Shown: positions 1 to 8,941 of the stretch, piece after piece
Numbering within the stretch: position 1 is the first letter of the stretch
Layout of the letters: each line of letters starts with the position of its first letter
From: Acholeplasma laidlawii PG-8A
Lineage (GTDB): Bacteria > Bacillota_I > Bacilli_A > Acholeplasmatales > Acholeplasmataceae
Length of the DNA: 32,000 nt
Reading direction: 5' to 3'
NCBI RefSeq assembly: GCF_000018785.1
Contig: NC_010163.1
Coordinates: forward strand, 510,001-542,000
Notes under the pieces: model-generated
What the model saw: only the letters and a program-made list of their open reading frames with translations
Database searches by the model: none
What the model was told of the DNA's origin: nothing
Made by a program: the position numbers and the translations under genes

Positions 1-2
1 TC

Positions 3-962
3 ACTATAGTTGGTAGTTTAAACGATTTTAATGAAATATTAAGTACAATCAAAACCATGGATAACAGGTTTTTATGGCTAGCATTAGGAGCAAGTTTTTT
101 AAGTTTTGTCTTCTTATCGATTTCTAATCACATTGTACTTAGAGCATTAAATAAAGAGATCAGTTTAGTGGATGGTTTCTTAATTCAGTCGATTGAGACA
201 TTTTTCAACGGTATCACGCCATTTTCAAGTGGTGCACAACCATTTCAGTTATATTATTATAGAAAAATGGGTGTACCATCTAATCAAGCAACATCCGTAC
301 TTGCGGTAAACTTTATTATCTTTCAAACGGTATCTGTTACATTATCTACAATCGGTATAGCTATTTATTTCCAAGACATATTAAATGTCATGGGTCATAA
401 TATCATCTATATACTTATTGGATATACGATAAATACTACGATCCTAGTTGGATTATTCTTATTAGGATATGTTCGAACTGCATATAAATTATTTGAAGCG
501 ATTTTTACATTCTTTGAGCGATTTAATTGGACTAAAAAAACTGCGAATCGCCTAAAATCAAGAACAGAGAAGTTTGTTGGTGAGTTTCAAGGTGGTGTTA
601 AGTTCTTATTTACAAAGAAACGTGTATTTATCTTAAGTTCACTTACCAAACTTATTTCTCTAGCTTTATTATATTCAACAACTGTAATCATTGTAAGAGC
701 ACTTGGTCAAACAATAACCACAACGAATGCGTTTTATCTATTTTATTCGAGTATATTAGCAGTTACAACCATGATGTTTGTACCCCTACCAGGTGCAAGT
801 GGTGGTACAGAGATTTCTTTCAGTTTACTATTAACAGGTAAAATGCCTAGTGTACAAGTTGTAACTGTCATGTTAATATGGCGTATTATTACTTATTACT
901 TAGGTTTACTATTTGGCTTTATTGGATTCTTATTATTAAAAACTAGGAGAACTATAAAATGA
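3..962 (+). CDS. UPF0104 / LPG_synthase_TM (MprF flippase-domain-like) polytopic membrane protein; 5' end lies outside the window
   Basis: The reading frame is open from nt 3, with no stop before the ATG at 57, so the gene probably starts upstream. Multi-TM protein with family-typical GITPFSSGAQPFQ and PLPGASGGTE motifs. Its stop overlaps the next start (ATGA at 959-962). Confidence 0.75.
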   Translation, partial: TIVGSLNDFNEILSTIKTMDNRFLWLALGASFLSFVFLSISNHIVLRALNKEISLVDGFLIQSIETFFNGITPFSSGAQPFQLYYYRKMGVPSNQATSVLAVNFIIFQTVSVTLSTIGIAIYFQDILNVMGHNIIYILIGYTINTTILVGLFLLGYVRTAYKLFEAIFTFFERFNWTKKTANRLKSRTEKFVGEFQGGVKFLFTKKRVFILSSLTKLISLALLYSTTVIIVRALGQTITTTNAFYLFYSSILAVTTMMFVPLPGASGGTEISFSLLLTGKMPSVQVVTVMLIWRIITYYLGLLFGFIGFLLLKTRRTIK

Positions 963-2155
963 GAATAGGCATATTTTCAGAAGCGTATTTACCACTGATT
1001 TCAGGTGTAGTTACATCAGTAGTTAATTTAAAAGAAGGATTAGAGGCTTTAGGACATGAAGTCTATGTCATTACGCCTATTCCATCTAAAGATAAATTTG
1101 AAAATGATCCAAGTGTAATTCGTATTCCTGGGTGGGTTATACCAAGAAAATCCTTAAAGGGTTTCAGATTAGTTCCTTTTGTTAAAAGATATGTAAGAAA
1201 AATGCGTAAACTAAAGCTTGATGTTGTACATATACACACAGAGTTTTCTATGGGTAAACTAGGTTTAGCAGTTGCCAAAAAAGAACGTATTCCAAGTGTA
1301 TATACATTACATACAAGTTATCAAGACTATACACACTATGTTTCAAAACTTCTTACTAGATTTGCACCAAATGCAGCTAAAAAATTAGCGGGTAAAATAA
1401 ATAATCAATATACTAAAAATTGTCATATGACAATCGTTCCAACTAAGAAAATTTATGATAAAATGATTAGGTTGAAACATGATGGTGAGTTTACAATTAT
1501 CCCTTCAGGTATCAATTTAAAACCTTTTTATAAGTCAAGTTACACATCTGAACAGGTACAAGCACTTAAAGATAAATTAGGTATTAGAAATGATGAATTT
1601 GTAGCAATCCTAGTAGCAAGAATTGCTAAAGAAAAATCAATTGGTGATTTGGTTGAAGCCTTTGTAGAGTTCTATAAATCTTATCCTAACTCTAGATTCA
1701 TCATCATTGGTGATGGTCCAGATAAACCAGTCCTAGATAAACTGATTGATTCTAAAAAAGCATCTAAGTATATTAATACTTTAGGATTTGTCAAAAATGC
1801 AGAAGTAGGTCTTTATTATCAAATTGCAGATGTATTCTTAAATGCATCTACAACTGAAACACAAGGACTAACCTATGTTGAGGCACTTGCAGCTTCCCTT
1901 CCTATTATTGTAAGATATGATGATGTATTTGATGCCTTTGTTGAAGATGGTAAAAATGGTATCTTCTTTAATAAGAATGAAGAACTAGTTAAACATCTCA
2001 TTCACATTAGACAAAACCCTGAGATATTAGGCACACTATCTAAAAACGCTGAAATCTCAACAAAGCCATATGCTAAAGAAGTATATGCGAAAAGTTGTGA
2101 AACATTATATCTAGATTTAATTGATAAAAATAACAAAAAATTGAATAAAAAGTAG
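959..2155 (+). CDS. mgs: GT4 glycosyltransferase, 1,2-diacylglycerol 3-glucosyltransferase (monoglucosyl-DAG synthase, alMGS-like)
   Basis: 398 aa. The N-terminus MRIGIFSEAYLPLISGVVTSV and the length match my recollection of A. laidlawii alMGS. GT4 E-x7-E-like region (TETQGLTYVEALAASLP). Translationally coupled to the upstream gene. Confidence 0.88.
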   Translation: MRIGIFSEAYLPLISGVVTSVVNLKEGLEALGHEVYVITPIPSKDKFENDPSVIRIPGWVIPRKSLKGFRLVPFVKRYVRKMRKLKLDVVHIHTEFSMGKLGLAVAKKERIPSVYTLHTSYQDYTHYVSKLLTRFAPNAAKKLAGKINNQYTKNCHMTIVPTKKIYDKMIRLKHDGEFTIIPSGINLKPFYKSSYTSEQVQALKDKLGIRNDEFVAILVARIAKEKSIGDLVEAFVEFYKSYPNSRFIIIGDGPDKPVLDKLIDSKKASKYINTLGFVKNAEVGLYYQIADVFLNASTTETQGLTYVEALAASLPIIVRYDDVFDAFVEDGKNGIFFNKNEELVKHLIHIRQNPEILGTLSKNAEISTKPYAKEVYAKSCETLYLDLIDKNNKKLNKK

Positions 2156-2173
2156 GCTTATGCCTGCTTATAT

Positions 2174-2257
2174 CCCCGTGTGGCGAAATGGTAGACGCGC
2201 TTGACTCAAAATCAAGTAGTGAAGACTGTGCTGGTTCGAGTCCGGTCACGGGGACCA
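2174..2257 (+). tRNA. tRNA-Leu (anticodon CAA), type II long variable arm, CCA encoded
   Basis: The 7-bp acceptor stem ccccgtg/cacgggg pairs perfectly. Anticodon stem cttga/tcaag with loop ctCAAaa. T-loop ggttcgagtcc. Long variable arm. Ends in the discriminator a followed by cca. Confidence 0.93.
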
Positions 2258-2268
2258 ATCTTAAAGTT

Positions 2269-2313
2269 AAAGTTTTTCGAGACCCAACAAGGGATATGAA
2301 AAACTTTTGTTTT
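2269..2313 (+). terminator. possible intrinsic terminator after tRNA-Leu
   Basis: Perfect 10-bp inverted repeat aaagtttttc (2269-2278) / gaaaaacttt (2298-2307), followed by tgtttt. The loop is long (19 nt) and the stem is AT-rich, so it is weak. Confidence 0.35.
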
Positions 2314-2350
2314 AGTAACAGATGTTTCTTTAAAAAAGAGGTATAATCCA

Positions 2351-2908
2351 ATGAAAAAACAAGTGATTCAACGTACAGAGACCATTGATTTAGTAAATGG
2401 TAAGAAAGTATTTTTTGACTATGATGGTAACTTATTTTCAATTAATAGAGAAGTTCCAGAATATAGACACTACAATGTACCTAAAGATGTTGAGGATGTT
2501 TGGAAGAAAACCATCATAAATAATCTATTAGAAGAAGTTGAAAATTCTATAGGGTATGAAAAAACTGTAAAAGTTACGAAGTTATTAGCAATTTATGGTC
2601 ATTCTAATAATATTCAATTATTAGAAGCATTACTTGAAGATGATACATTAGATACATTTTCAAAAATATTGTACCTGGAAGACTTAAACCGAGAAAAATT
2701 AGGTGTTAATATTTCAATTAAGTATAAAATATTAAAGATTGAAGATCCTAAATCTTATATCACAGATTTAAATGATAAAATCTTAGATTACAAATCAAAG
2801 CTTTTAAACAGTCCTATCACAATAGATGAAAGTTTTAAACAAAACTACGCATTAAAATATTATGACTTTAGTGATGAAAATATCATTAGAAGAATAGAAA
2901 ATATATAA
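2351..2908 (+). CDS. hypothetical soluble acidic protein (185 aa), no family recognised
   Basis: ORF with AAGAGG (2336-2341) 9 nt upstream of the ATG. No TM segment or signal peptide. I recognise no motif. Confidence 0.6.
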   Translation: MKKQVIQRTETIDLVNGKKVFFDYDGNLFSINREVPEYRHYNVPKDVEDVWKKTIINNLLEEVENSIGYEKTVKVTKLLAIYGHSNNIQLLEALLEDDTLDTFSKILYLEDLNREKLGVNISIKYKILKIEDPKSYITDLNDKILDYKSKLLNSPITIDESFKQNYALKYYDFSDENIIRRIENI

Positions 2909-3007
2909 TATACCTTCAATGTAAAATCTTAGTAAAACATGGTGTCAATTATATAAAAATTCAATGTACACATGTTACAATGAAGTTATATTGTTAAAGA
3001 GGTGTCC

Positions 3008-3403
3008 ATGAAAAAAATCGCATTTGTATGTGTACATAACAGTTGCCGTAGCCAAATGGCTGAAGGGTTTGCAAAAGCATATGGTGAAGGTATTATCGAA
3101 GTATATTCTGCTGGAACTGAAAACTATCCTGAAGTTAAACCACTTGCTGTAGAAGTCATGCATGAAGTTGGTATAAACCTAGATAGCCAGTACCCTAAAC
3201 TACTCGATGAAATTCCTATACCTGATATATTAATCACCATGGGATGTAATGCAAATTGCCCATGGGTACCTAATGATTATCACGAGGATTGGGGTTTGGA
3301 TGATCCAAGTGGTAAAGGTATTGAAGCATTTAGGGTCACCAGAGAACTTATTAAAACTAAAGTAATTGAACTCATAAATCTCGTAAAAAATGAGCAAATA
3401 TAA
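3008..3403 (+). CDS. arsC: arsenate reductase / low-molecular-weight phosphotyrosine phosphatase family (ArsC-type)
   Basis: P-loop CVHNSCRSQMAEG (C-x5-R-S) at the N-terminus and a downstream MGCNANCP cysteine pair. I prefer the ATG at 3008, which has AAGAGGTG 5 nt upstream, over the track's GTG at 3002. Confidence 0.8.
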   Translation: MKKIAFVCVHNSCRSQMAEGFAKAYGEGIIEVYSAGTENYPEVKPLAVEVMHEVGINLDSQYPKLLDEIPIPDILITMGCNANCPWVPNDYHEDWGLDDPSGKGIEAFRVTRELIKTKVIELINLVKNEQI

Positions 3404-3430
3404 CACTATAAATTAATAATTTAAAAAAGT

Positions 3431-3460
3431 ACACAAAAAACTCATGTTTTTTGTGTTTTC
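3431..3460 (+). terminator. intrinsic terminator after arsC
   Basis: Perfect 10-bp stem acacaaaaaa (3431-3440) / ttttttgtgt (3447-3456), 6-nt loop, then tttc. The stem is AT-rich. Confidence 0.55.
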
Positions 3461-3532
3461 CATGTTTTTATTGTATAAAAATGCTATATTAGTAACGTTA
3501 AAACAAATTCAGAAGAAAGAAGAAGAACACAC

Positions 3533-4705
3533 ATGGAAAAATCAAGTAACATGGGTGTAGATTTGGCATCATCTACACCAACATTCTGGAATAAGGTCAA
3601 AACATTTTTATCTAAAACATTAAATGGGATGACATTTGGTATATTTGGAACGATTGTTGTTGGAGCAATTATCCAAACATTAGGGATCATTACAGGTATT
3701 GATGTATTAAATTTAAGAGTAGCACCTGTATTAACCTCACTTTTAGGTATGGGGATTGGTCTAAGTATTGGTTTATCACTAAAAGTCGATGGCTTAAAAC
3801 TCATTATGTTATCTGTTGCAGGTGGTATTGGAACACTTGTTAAAATTGACTTTAGTATGCCTGGGTGGTTTGATCCAGTTAAAGTATCAAACAATCCAAT
3901 TACAGCCTATTTTGTAGTTATTGGGGCATATTTTGCAATACAAGCCATCTTTAGAAAGAAAACAGCCTATGATTTATTCTTTATTCCAATTGTAGGTATA
4001 TTGTCAGCTGTTTTAGTAACTTATCTCATTTCATGGCCAATTGATCGTTTTATGGAAATGATTTATAGCACGATTAAATTCTTTATGCAGTTAGAACCTT
4101 TTGTGACATCTGCATTTGTAGCACTTATATTTGGTATTTTATTAACATTACCATTTATTAGTAGTGCCGGTGTTGCTATTGCAGTATTTTCTGTACCATT
4201 TGGAGTAGGCAATGCACTAGCTATTCCAGATCCTATTGCAATTGCAGCAATGTGTGCTGCAGCGATTGGTTGTTCAACACAAATGGTAGGTTTTTCTGTT
4301 CAAACCCTAAGAAAAAACAATCTAGGGTCAATTTTTACAGTTGGCCTTGCTAGTTCAATGTTCCAATTTAAAAATGTTATGAGAAAACCAATTGTTTGGG
4401 CACCAACTTTAATCGCAAGTTTCATCTTAGCACCACTAAGTTACTTCATTTTTGATGGTTATCAATGGTTTATTAATCTTATACCAGTAGGACATCAATT
4501 TAGTGCAGTATGGGCTGGTATGGGGACATCCGGATTGGTTGGAATTCTACAACCACTTACAATCACTAATTTTTCATTAGATGGTTGGTTATTTGTAAGT
4601 TCCATGATACTATTTCCATTAGTCTTAGTATTTTGGTTAGATGTTGTATTTATTAAATTAAATTGGTATACAGAAAACGATCTTATTTTAGATGCAAATT
4701 TATAA
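3533..4705 (+). CDS. PTS EIIC-like (PTS_EIIC_2 / PF13303-type) integral membrane permease; no EIIA/EIIB partner in the window
   Basis: 390 aa with about 10 TM segments. The N-terminal pattern LNGMTFGIFGTIVVGAIIQTLG resembles the PF13303 family as I remember it. The family call is by eye only. Confidence 0.55.
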   Translation: MEKSSNMGVDLASSTPTFWNKVKTFLSKTLNGMTFGIFGTIVVGAIIQTLGIITGIDVLNLRVAPVLTSLLGMGIGLSIGLSLKVDGLKLIMLSVAGGIGTLVKIDFSMPGWFDPVKVSNNPITAYFVVIGAYFAIQAIFRKKTAYDLFFIPIVGILSAVLVTYLISWPIDRFMEMIYSTIKFFMQLEPFVTSAFVALIFGILLTLPFISSAGVAIAVFSVPFGVGNALAIPDPIAIAAMCAAAIGCSTQMVGFSVQTLRKNNLGSIFTVGLASSMFQFKNVMRKPIVWAPTLIASFILAPLSYFIFDGYQWFINLIPVGHQFSAVWAGMGTSGLVGILQPLTITNFSLDGWLFVSSMILFPLVLVFWLDVVFIKLNWYTENDLILDANL

Positions 4706-4709
4706 GAAA

Positions 4710-4737
4710 AATCCCTTAATTGGGATTCGTTTTTCTT
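4710..4737 (+). terminator. intrinsic terminator
   Basis: Stem aatccc (4710-4715) / gggatt (4722-4727), loop ttaatt, followed by cgtttttcttt. Confidence 0.6.
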
Positions 4738-4789
4738 TCGTCTAGTATTAAAAAAAATACATGATAAAATACCTTTAGGAGATGATTTT

Positions 4790-6226
4790 ATGAAACGAAA
4801 TTTAGCGTTATTAACAGACTTTTATGAACTGACTATGTCCAATGGATATTTCAAAGATAACCGCCATAATCAAGTGGCAGTATTTGATGTATTCTTTAGA
4901 AGTATTCCAGATGATGGCGGTTATGCAATATTTGCTGGTCTAGAATCTATTATTGAATACATTAAGAATTTAACATTTGATAAAGAATCAATTGAATTTT
5001 TAAGAAATAAAAAAATATTTGATGAAGGTTTTTTAACTTATTTAGAAAACTTTAAATTTACCTCTGATGTTTACGCGATCAAAGAAGGTACTCCAATTTT
5101 CCCTAATGAACCATTAATGGTTATTAAAGGACCTATCATTGAATGTCAACTCATTGAAACATTTGTACTACTTTCAATTAATCATCAATCCTTGATTGCA
5201 ACAAAGGCATCAAGAATTGTAAGAGAAGCAAAAGGTAGACCAGTCTTTGAATTTGGTGCAAGAAGAGCACATTCTTATGATGCAGCAAATCTAGGTGCTA
5301 GAAGTGCATATATTAGTGGTGTTACAGGTACGTCAAATACCTTAGCTGACTTTATGTATGGCATTCCATCTTCTGGTACAATGGCACATTCCTATGTTCA
5401 AAGTTTTCCTAGTGAATATGAAGCATTTAAGAGCTATGCCCTAAATTACCCAGATAACTGTTTATTATTAGTAGATACCTATGATACTTTACATGAAGGT
5501 ATTCCAAATGCTATAAGAATTCATAATGAAGTTTTAAAGCCAATGGGTAAATACTTAAAAGGTATTCGAATTGATTCGGGTGACTTAGCTTATTTATCTA
5601 AGAAAGTACGTGCTTTATTAGATGAAGCAGGTCTAACTGAAACTAAGATTACTGTATCGAACTCATTGGATGAGTTTATTATCAGAGACTTGATCGTACA
5701 TCAAGAAGCAGAAATCGATGCTTTTGGTGTCGGTGAAAGATTAATCACTGCAAGAAGTGAGGCGGTCTTTGGTGGTGTATTTAAGTTAAGTGCAATTGAA
5801 GAAAACGGTCAAATTGTGCCGAAAATTAAAATTTCTGATAATGTTGCAAAAACAACTATTCCAGGATTTAAGCAACTTTATCGCTTCTATGATGAAAATG
5901 ATATGGCCATAGCAGATGTCATTACACTTCACAATGAAGAAATAGATCCATCTAAACCATATACATTATTTGATCCAAATCATCCTTGGAAACAAAAGGT
6001 GGTAGAAAAATATAGAGTAGAAAAACTTTTAGTACCTATCTTTGAAAAAGGTAAACTAGTTTATGAACTACCTTCAATAGAAGCAATTAGAAAACATAAA
6101 GAAATTAATTTTAATAAACTTTGGAAAGAAGTAATACGTTTAAAGTTTCCACATGAATACTATGTTGATTTATCACAAGATTTATGGGATTTACGACGAG
6201 CATTAGTAGTTAAGCATAAACATTAG
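4790..6226 (+). CDS. pncB: nicotinate phosphoribosyltransferase
   Basis: 478 aa. The N-terminus LLTDFYELTMSNGYF and the GTMAHSYVQSF motif are typical of NAPRTase. AGGAG sits 8 nt upstream. An extended -10 TGaTAAAAT lies at 4762-4770. Confidence 0.92.
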   Translation: MKRNLALLTDFYELTMSNGYFKDNRHNQVAVFDVFFRSIPDDGGYAIFAGLESIIEYIKNLTFDKESIEFLRNKKIFDEGFLTYLENFKFTSDVYAIKEGTPIFPNEPLMVIKGPIIECQLIETFVLLSINHQSLIATKASRIVREAKGRPVFEFGARRAHSYDAANLGARSAYISGVTGTSNTLADFMYGIPSSGTMAHSYVQSFPSEYEAFKSYALNYPDNCLLLVDTYDTLHEGIPNAIRIHNEVLKPMGKYLKGIRIDSGDLAYLSKKVRALLDEAGLTETKITVSNSLDEFIIRDLIVHQEAEIDAFGVGERLITARSEAVFGGVFKLSAIEENGQIVPKIKISDNVAKTTIPGFKQLYRFYDENDMAIADVITLHNEEIDPSKPYTLFDPNHPWKQKVVEKYRVEKLLVPIFEKGKLVYELPSIEAIRKHKEINFNKLWKEVIRLKFPHEYYVDLSQDLWDLRRALVVKHKH

Positions 6227-6245
6227 AAAGTAGAACCTGATAATC

Positions 6246-7664
6246 ATGGAACAAGGCATTTCAAAAAATACACAACGCATGTTAAACGGGAAGCATATAT
6301 GGCTATATATGCTCCTTTTATCGTTACCGATACTTATTAACAACTTGATCAAGTCTTTTAATGGTATGGTTGATATTTATTTTATCGCTCGCATCAAAGA
6401 TGTAAGTACTGAGACGATTGACTCAGCTATAGCTGCATTAAACATTCATGAGTCATTTAATAACCTCATTTTAGCAATTGGTGTTGGTTTATCGATTGCA
6501 GCTATGGCGATTGTATCCCAATTTGTAGGGGCTAAAAGGGAAGATAAAGCAAAATTCTATGCTGGTCAACTTCTTACAATAGCACTTATTGTTGGGATTG
6601 CATTAACGCTTGTAATTCTAGGTTTTTCTTGGTTCTTTATTGATTTGTTGGGAGCTAAGGGACAAACATTTAATTTTGCTTTAGAATATTTCAATATTCG
6701 AAGTCTTGAACTTGTAGGTGTTATATTTTTCTTGGTTTATCAAGCGATTAGACAAGCCCAAGGATCAACCATTACACCTACGCTTTTAAATATTGGCGGT
6801 ATTTTGGTAAATATAGGTTTTACATGGTATTTTGTTGAAGTGCTTAACTGGGGTGTAGCAGGCTCTGCTTGGGCAACATTAATCGGTAACTTAATTTTTG
6901 TTCCACTGATGATTCTAGATTTATTTATTAGTCGCCGATACATGAGATTAAAATTAAGTGCCTTTGTACCTAAAAAGAAAACTCTAAAAGAAATATGGCC
7001 ATTTGCATACCCTGCAACCGTGTCACACTCTGTAACATTTTTAGGATTTTTAATTATTAATTCATTCGTTTTAAGTCAGTTTGGAGATGTCATATCGGCA
7101 TCATTTTCAACCGGTAATAAACTAAGTAATTTACTTATGAATCCAATTTATGCAATTACCACGATTGGTGCAGTATTTATCGGTGCAAACATCGGTAACA
7201 GACAACCCGAAAGAGCACTAAAAGTATATAAACAATCTGGTAGAATGACCTTTACAATTACCGTAGTAGCAATTCTTGTAGCTATACTATTTAGAAAAGA
7301 ATTTGTAACTTTATTAGTAGGTACACAAAATGATCGATTAATTGAAGTATCGGTAGAATATACATTATGGTTACTACTAACTCAACCCGTAATGTCGATC
7401 TTCCAAAACTATATGGCGATTTTTAATGGAAGTGGACAGTCTAAGCTTGGACTTAAAGCACAATCATTTAGATTATGGGGATTACGTATTCCACTATTAT
7501 TTGGTCTATGGTTCTTATTCCCTGAAATGAAATATAGTGTTGTTTGGACAGCGATGAATATATCCAATGTGATTGCTTTATTCCATGCACACTACTTAAG
7601 AAAAAACATTGAACTAGATATCAAAGTGAATTTAGAAGATGATGAAAGTGAGGTGCTCGTATGA
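6246..7664 (+). CDS. MATE family efflux transporter
   Basis: 472 aa with 12 predicted TM segments and a MATE-like N-terminal region (LPILINNLIKSFNGMVDIYFI). The RBS is weak, so the exact start is uncertain. Confidence 0.85.
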   Translation: MEQGISKNTQRMLNGKHIWLYMLLLSLPILINNLIKSFNGMVDIYFIARIKDVSTETIDSAIAALNIHESFNNLILAIGVGLSIAAMAIVSQFVGAKREDKAKFYAGQLLTIALIVGIALTLVILGFSWFFIDLLGAKGQTFNFALEYFNIRSLELVGVIFFLVYQAIRQAQGSTITPTLLNIGGILVNIGFTWYFVEVLNWGVAGSAWATLIGNLIFVPLMILDLFISRRYMRLKLSAFVPKKKTLKEIWPFAYPATVSHSVTFLGFLIINSFVLSQFGDVISASFSTGNKLSNLLMNPIYAITTIGAVFIGANIGNRQPERALKVYKQSGRMTFTITVVAILVAILFRKEFVTLLVGTQNDRLIEVSVEYTLWLLLTQPVMSIFQNYMAIFNGSGQSKLGLKAQSFRLWGLRIPLLFGLWFLFPEMKYSVVWTAMNISNVIALFHAHYLRKNIELDIKVNLEDDESEVLV

Positions 7665-8182
7665 TACATGTTGTATTATGCCAACCTGAAATTCCTCAAA
7701 ATACTGGAAATATCATGCGTACATGTGTAGGTAGTGGTGTCCATCTGCACTTAATTAAACCCCTTGGTTTTAAAATAGATGATACTAAACTTAGACGTAG
7801 TGCTGTGGATTATTATGATGCTTTAAATTTTGAAATTCATGAAGATTTTGAAAGTTTTCAAAATGAACATCCAGGCACATACTTATATCTATCAAGATAT
7901 GGTAGGAAAACTCATAGTGCACCGAATTATCAAGCGATTAAAGGTGATATCTATTTAGTCTTTGGATCTGAATCTTACGGAATTGACAGAGCATTATTAA
8001 GTAAAAATATTGAAAATACATTTAGAATACCTACAAATGATAAAATTAGAAGTCTTAACTTGTCAAATGCTGTGGCAATTACAGTCTATGAAGTATTAAG
8101 ACAGTTAGGTTATCCTGAGTTAAGTGAAGAAGAACCGGAAAGTCTAAAAGGATCAGACTATTTAAAACAATTTAAGGAGTAA
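7661..8182 (+). CDS. trmL: tRNA (cytidine/uridine34-2'-O)-methyltransferase, SpoU/TrmL (CspR) family
   Basis: MIHVVLCQPEIPQNTGNIMRTC and RSLNLSNAVAITVYEVLRQ are close to TrmL/CspR. ATGA overlap with the MATE gene. Confidence 0.88.
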   Translation: MIHVVLCQPEIPQNTGNIMRTCVGSGVHLHLIKPLGFKIDDTKLRRSAVDYYDALNFEIHEDFESFQNEHPGTYLYLSRYGRKTHSAPNYQAIKGDIYLVFGSESYGIDRALLSKNIENTFRIPTNDKIRSLNLSNAVAITVYEVLRQLGYPELSEEEPESLKGSDYLKQFKE

Positions 8183-8189
8183 TTAGAGG

Positions 8190-8867
8190 ATGAGTAAAAA
8201 AGTAAAAAAAGAAAAAAGAATTCAAACAATTGGTGAAGAAGTAGCAAATAGTGTATCACATGGTCTGATGACAGTATTTGGTATCGTCGGTTTAATTATG
8301 ATGCTTATCAAATCCACGGATGGATTTGAAGTAGCGAGTGCCATCATATTTGGACTTTCAATGATTATACTATACTTAAGTTCAACCATGTATCACGCGC
8401 TTGCATTTACAGGTGCTAAATCAGTATTTAAAAGATTTGATCACATTGGTATTTACATGCTAATAGGTGGTACGTTTGCACCCATATTCTTATTGTTACC
8501 AGCTTTTAGAGTACCTATATTTGGTATGGAAGGTTGGTTACCTTTAGGTTTATTACTTTGTATACTACAATGGGTTTTAATTATTACAGGTATGGTATTT
8601 AAATCCATTTGGGTTTACAGATTTCAAACCATGCATATTGTCATATTCTTATTACTTGGCTGGAGCGGTTTATACTTTATGATTGACCTTTATAAATATA
8701 GTCCATCAACTATGTGGCTGATTTTATTAGGTGGTCTTAGTTATTCGATTGGTGTTATATTTTATAAACAATCAGATAAACCGTATTTTCACTTCATCTG
8801 GCACTTGTTTGTAGGTTTGGGTACAATCCTACAATTTATGGCAATTTATAATTATTTAATAATTTAA
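8190..8867 (+). CDS. hemolysin III / PAQR family membrane protein
   Basis: 7-TM protein with conserved His motifs (SHG, YHAL, FDHIGIY, HFIWH). AAGGAG lies 10 nt upstream. Confidence 0.88.
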   Translation: MSKKVKKEKRIQTIGEEVANSVSHGLMTVFGIVGLIMMLIKSTDGFEVASAIIFGLSMIILYLSSTMYHALAFTGAKSVFKRFDHIGIYMLIGGTFAPIFLLLPAFRVPIFGMEGWLPLGLLLCILQWVLIITGMVFKSIWVYRFQTMHIVIFLLLGWSGLYFMIDLYKYSPSTMWLILLGGLSYSIGVIFYKQSDKPYFHFIWHLFVGLGTILQFMAIYNYLII

Positions 8868-8888
8868 AAACTAAAATTATGTTAATAC

Positions 8889-8917
8889 TTGAATATTTAT
8901 TCATGTTGAGTTAAAAT
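8889..8917 (+). promoter_or_regulatory. sigma-70-type promoter of ackA (TTGAAT-17-TAAAAT)
   Basis: -35 TTGAAT at 8889-8894, a 17-nt spacer, and -10 TAAAAT at 8912-8917, 25 nt before the ackA ATG. Confidence 0.55.
8890..8903. promoter_or_regulatory. palindromic box TGAATATTTATTCA overlapping the ackA -35 (fourth copy of the TGAAYA-N3-ATTCA motif)
   Basis: Read directly from the sequence. The half-sites TGAATA / TATTCA are perfectly symmetric. Confidence 0.35.
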
Positions 8918-8941
8918 CAAATAAGATAGGAAGGTAATATT

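Noticed and set aside
2073-2441. 122-aa minus-strand ORF from the track
   Set aside because: It runs antisense through the end of mgs, the whole tRNA-Leu gene and the start of the 185-aa gene. It has no RBS and is best explained as a chance ORF.
3008-3403. Orphan arsC (no arsR/arsB nearby) as an unusual arsenic-resistance arrangement
   Set aside because: LMW-PTP/ArsC-fold proteins commonly occur as stand-alone genes and may act as phosphatases or redox proteins. The sequence itself looks ordinary for the family.
3484-3894. 136-aa minus-strand ORF, plus the other short antisense ORFs in the track (1063-1278, 2975-3163, 6740-6943, 9877-10119, 10605-10799, 11055-11327, 11624-11845, 12098-12298, 15653-15850, 17084-17287, 18909-19118, 19410-19682, 22619-22813, 26415-26627, 29199-29438)
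   Set aside because: Each lies fully inside a well-supported gene on the opposite strand. None has a Shine-Dalgarno sequence, and their compositions are typical of the antisense of coding DNA.
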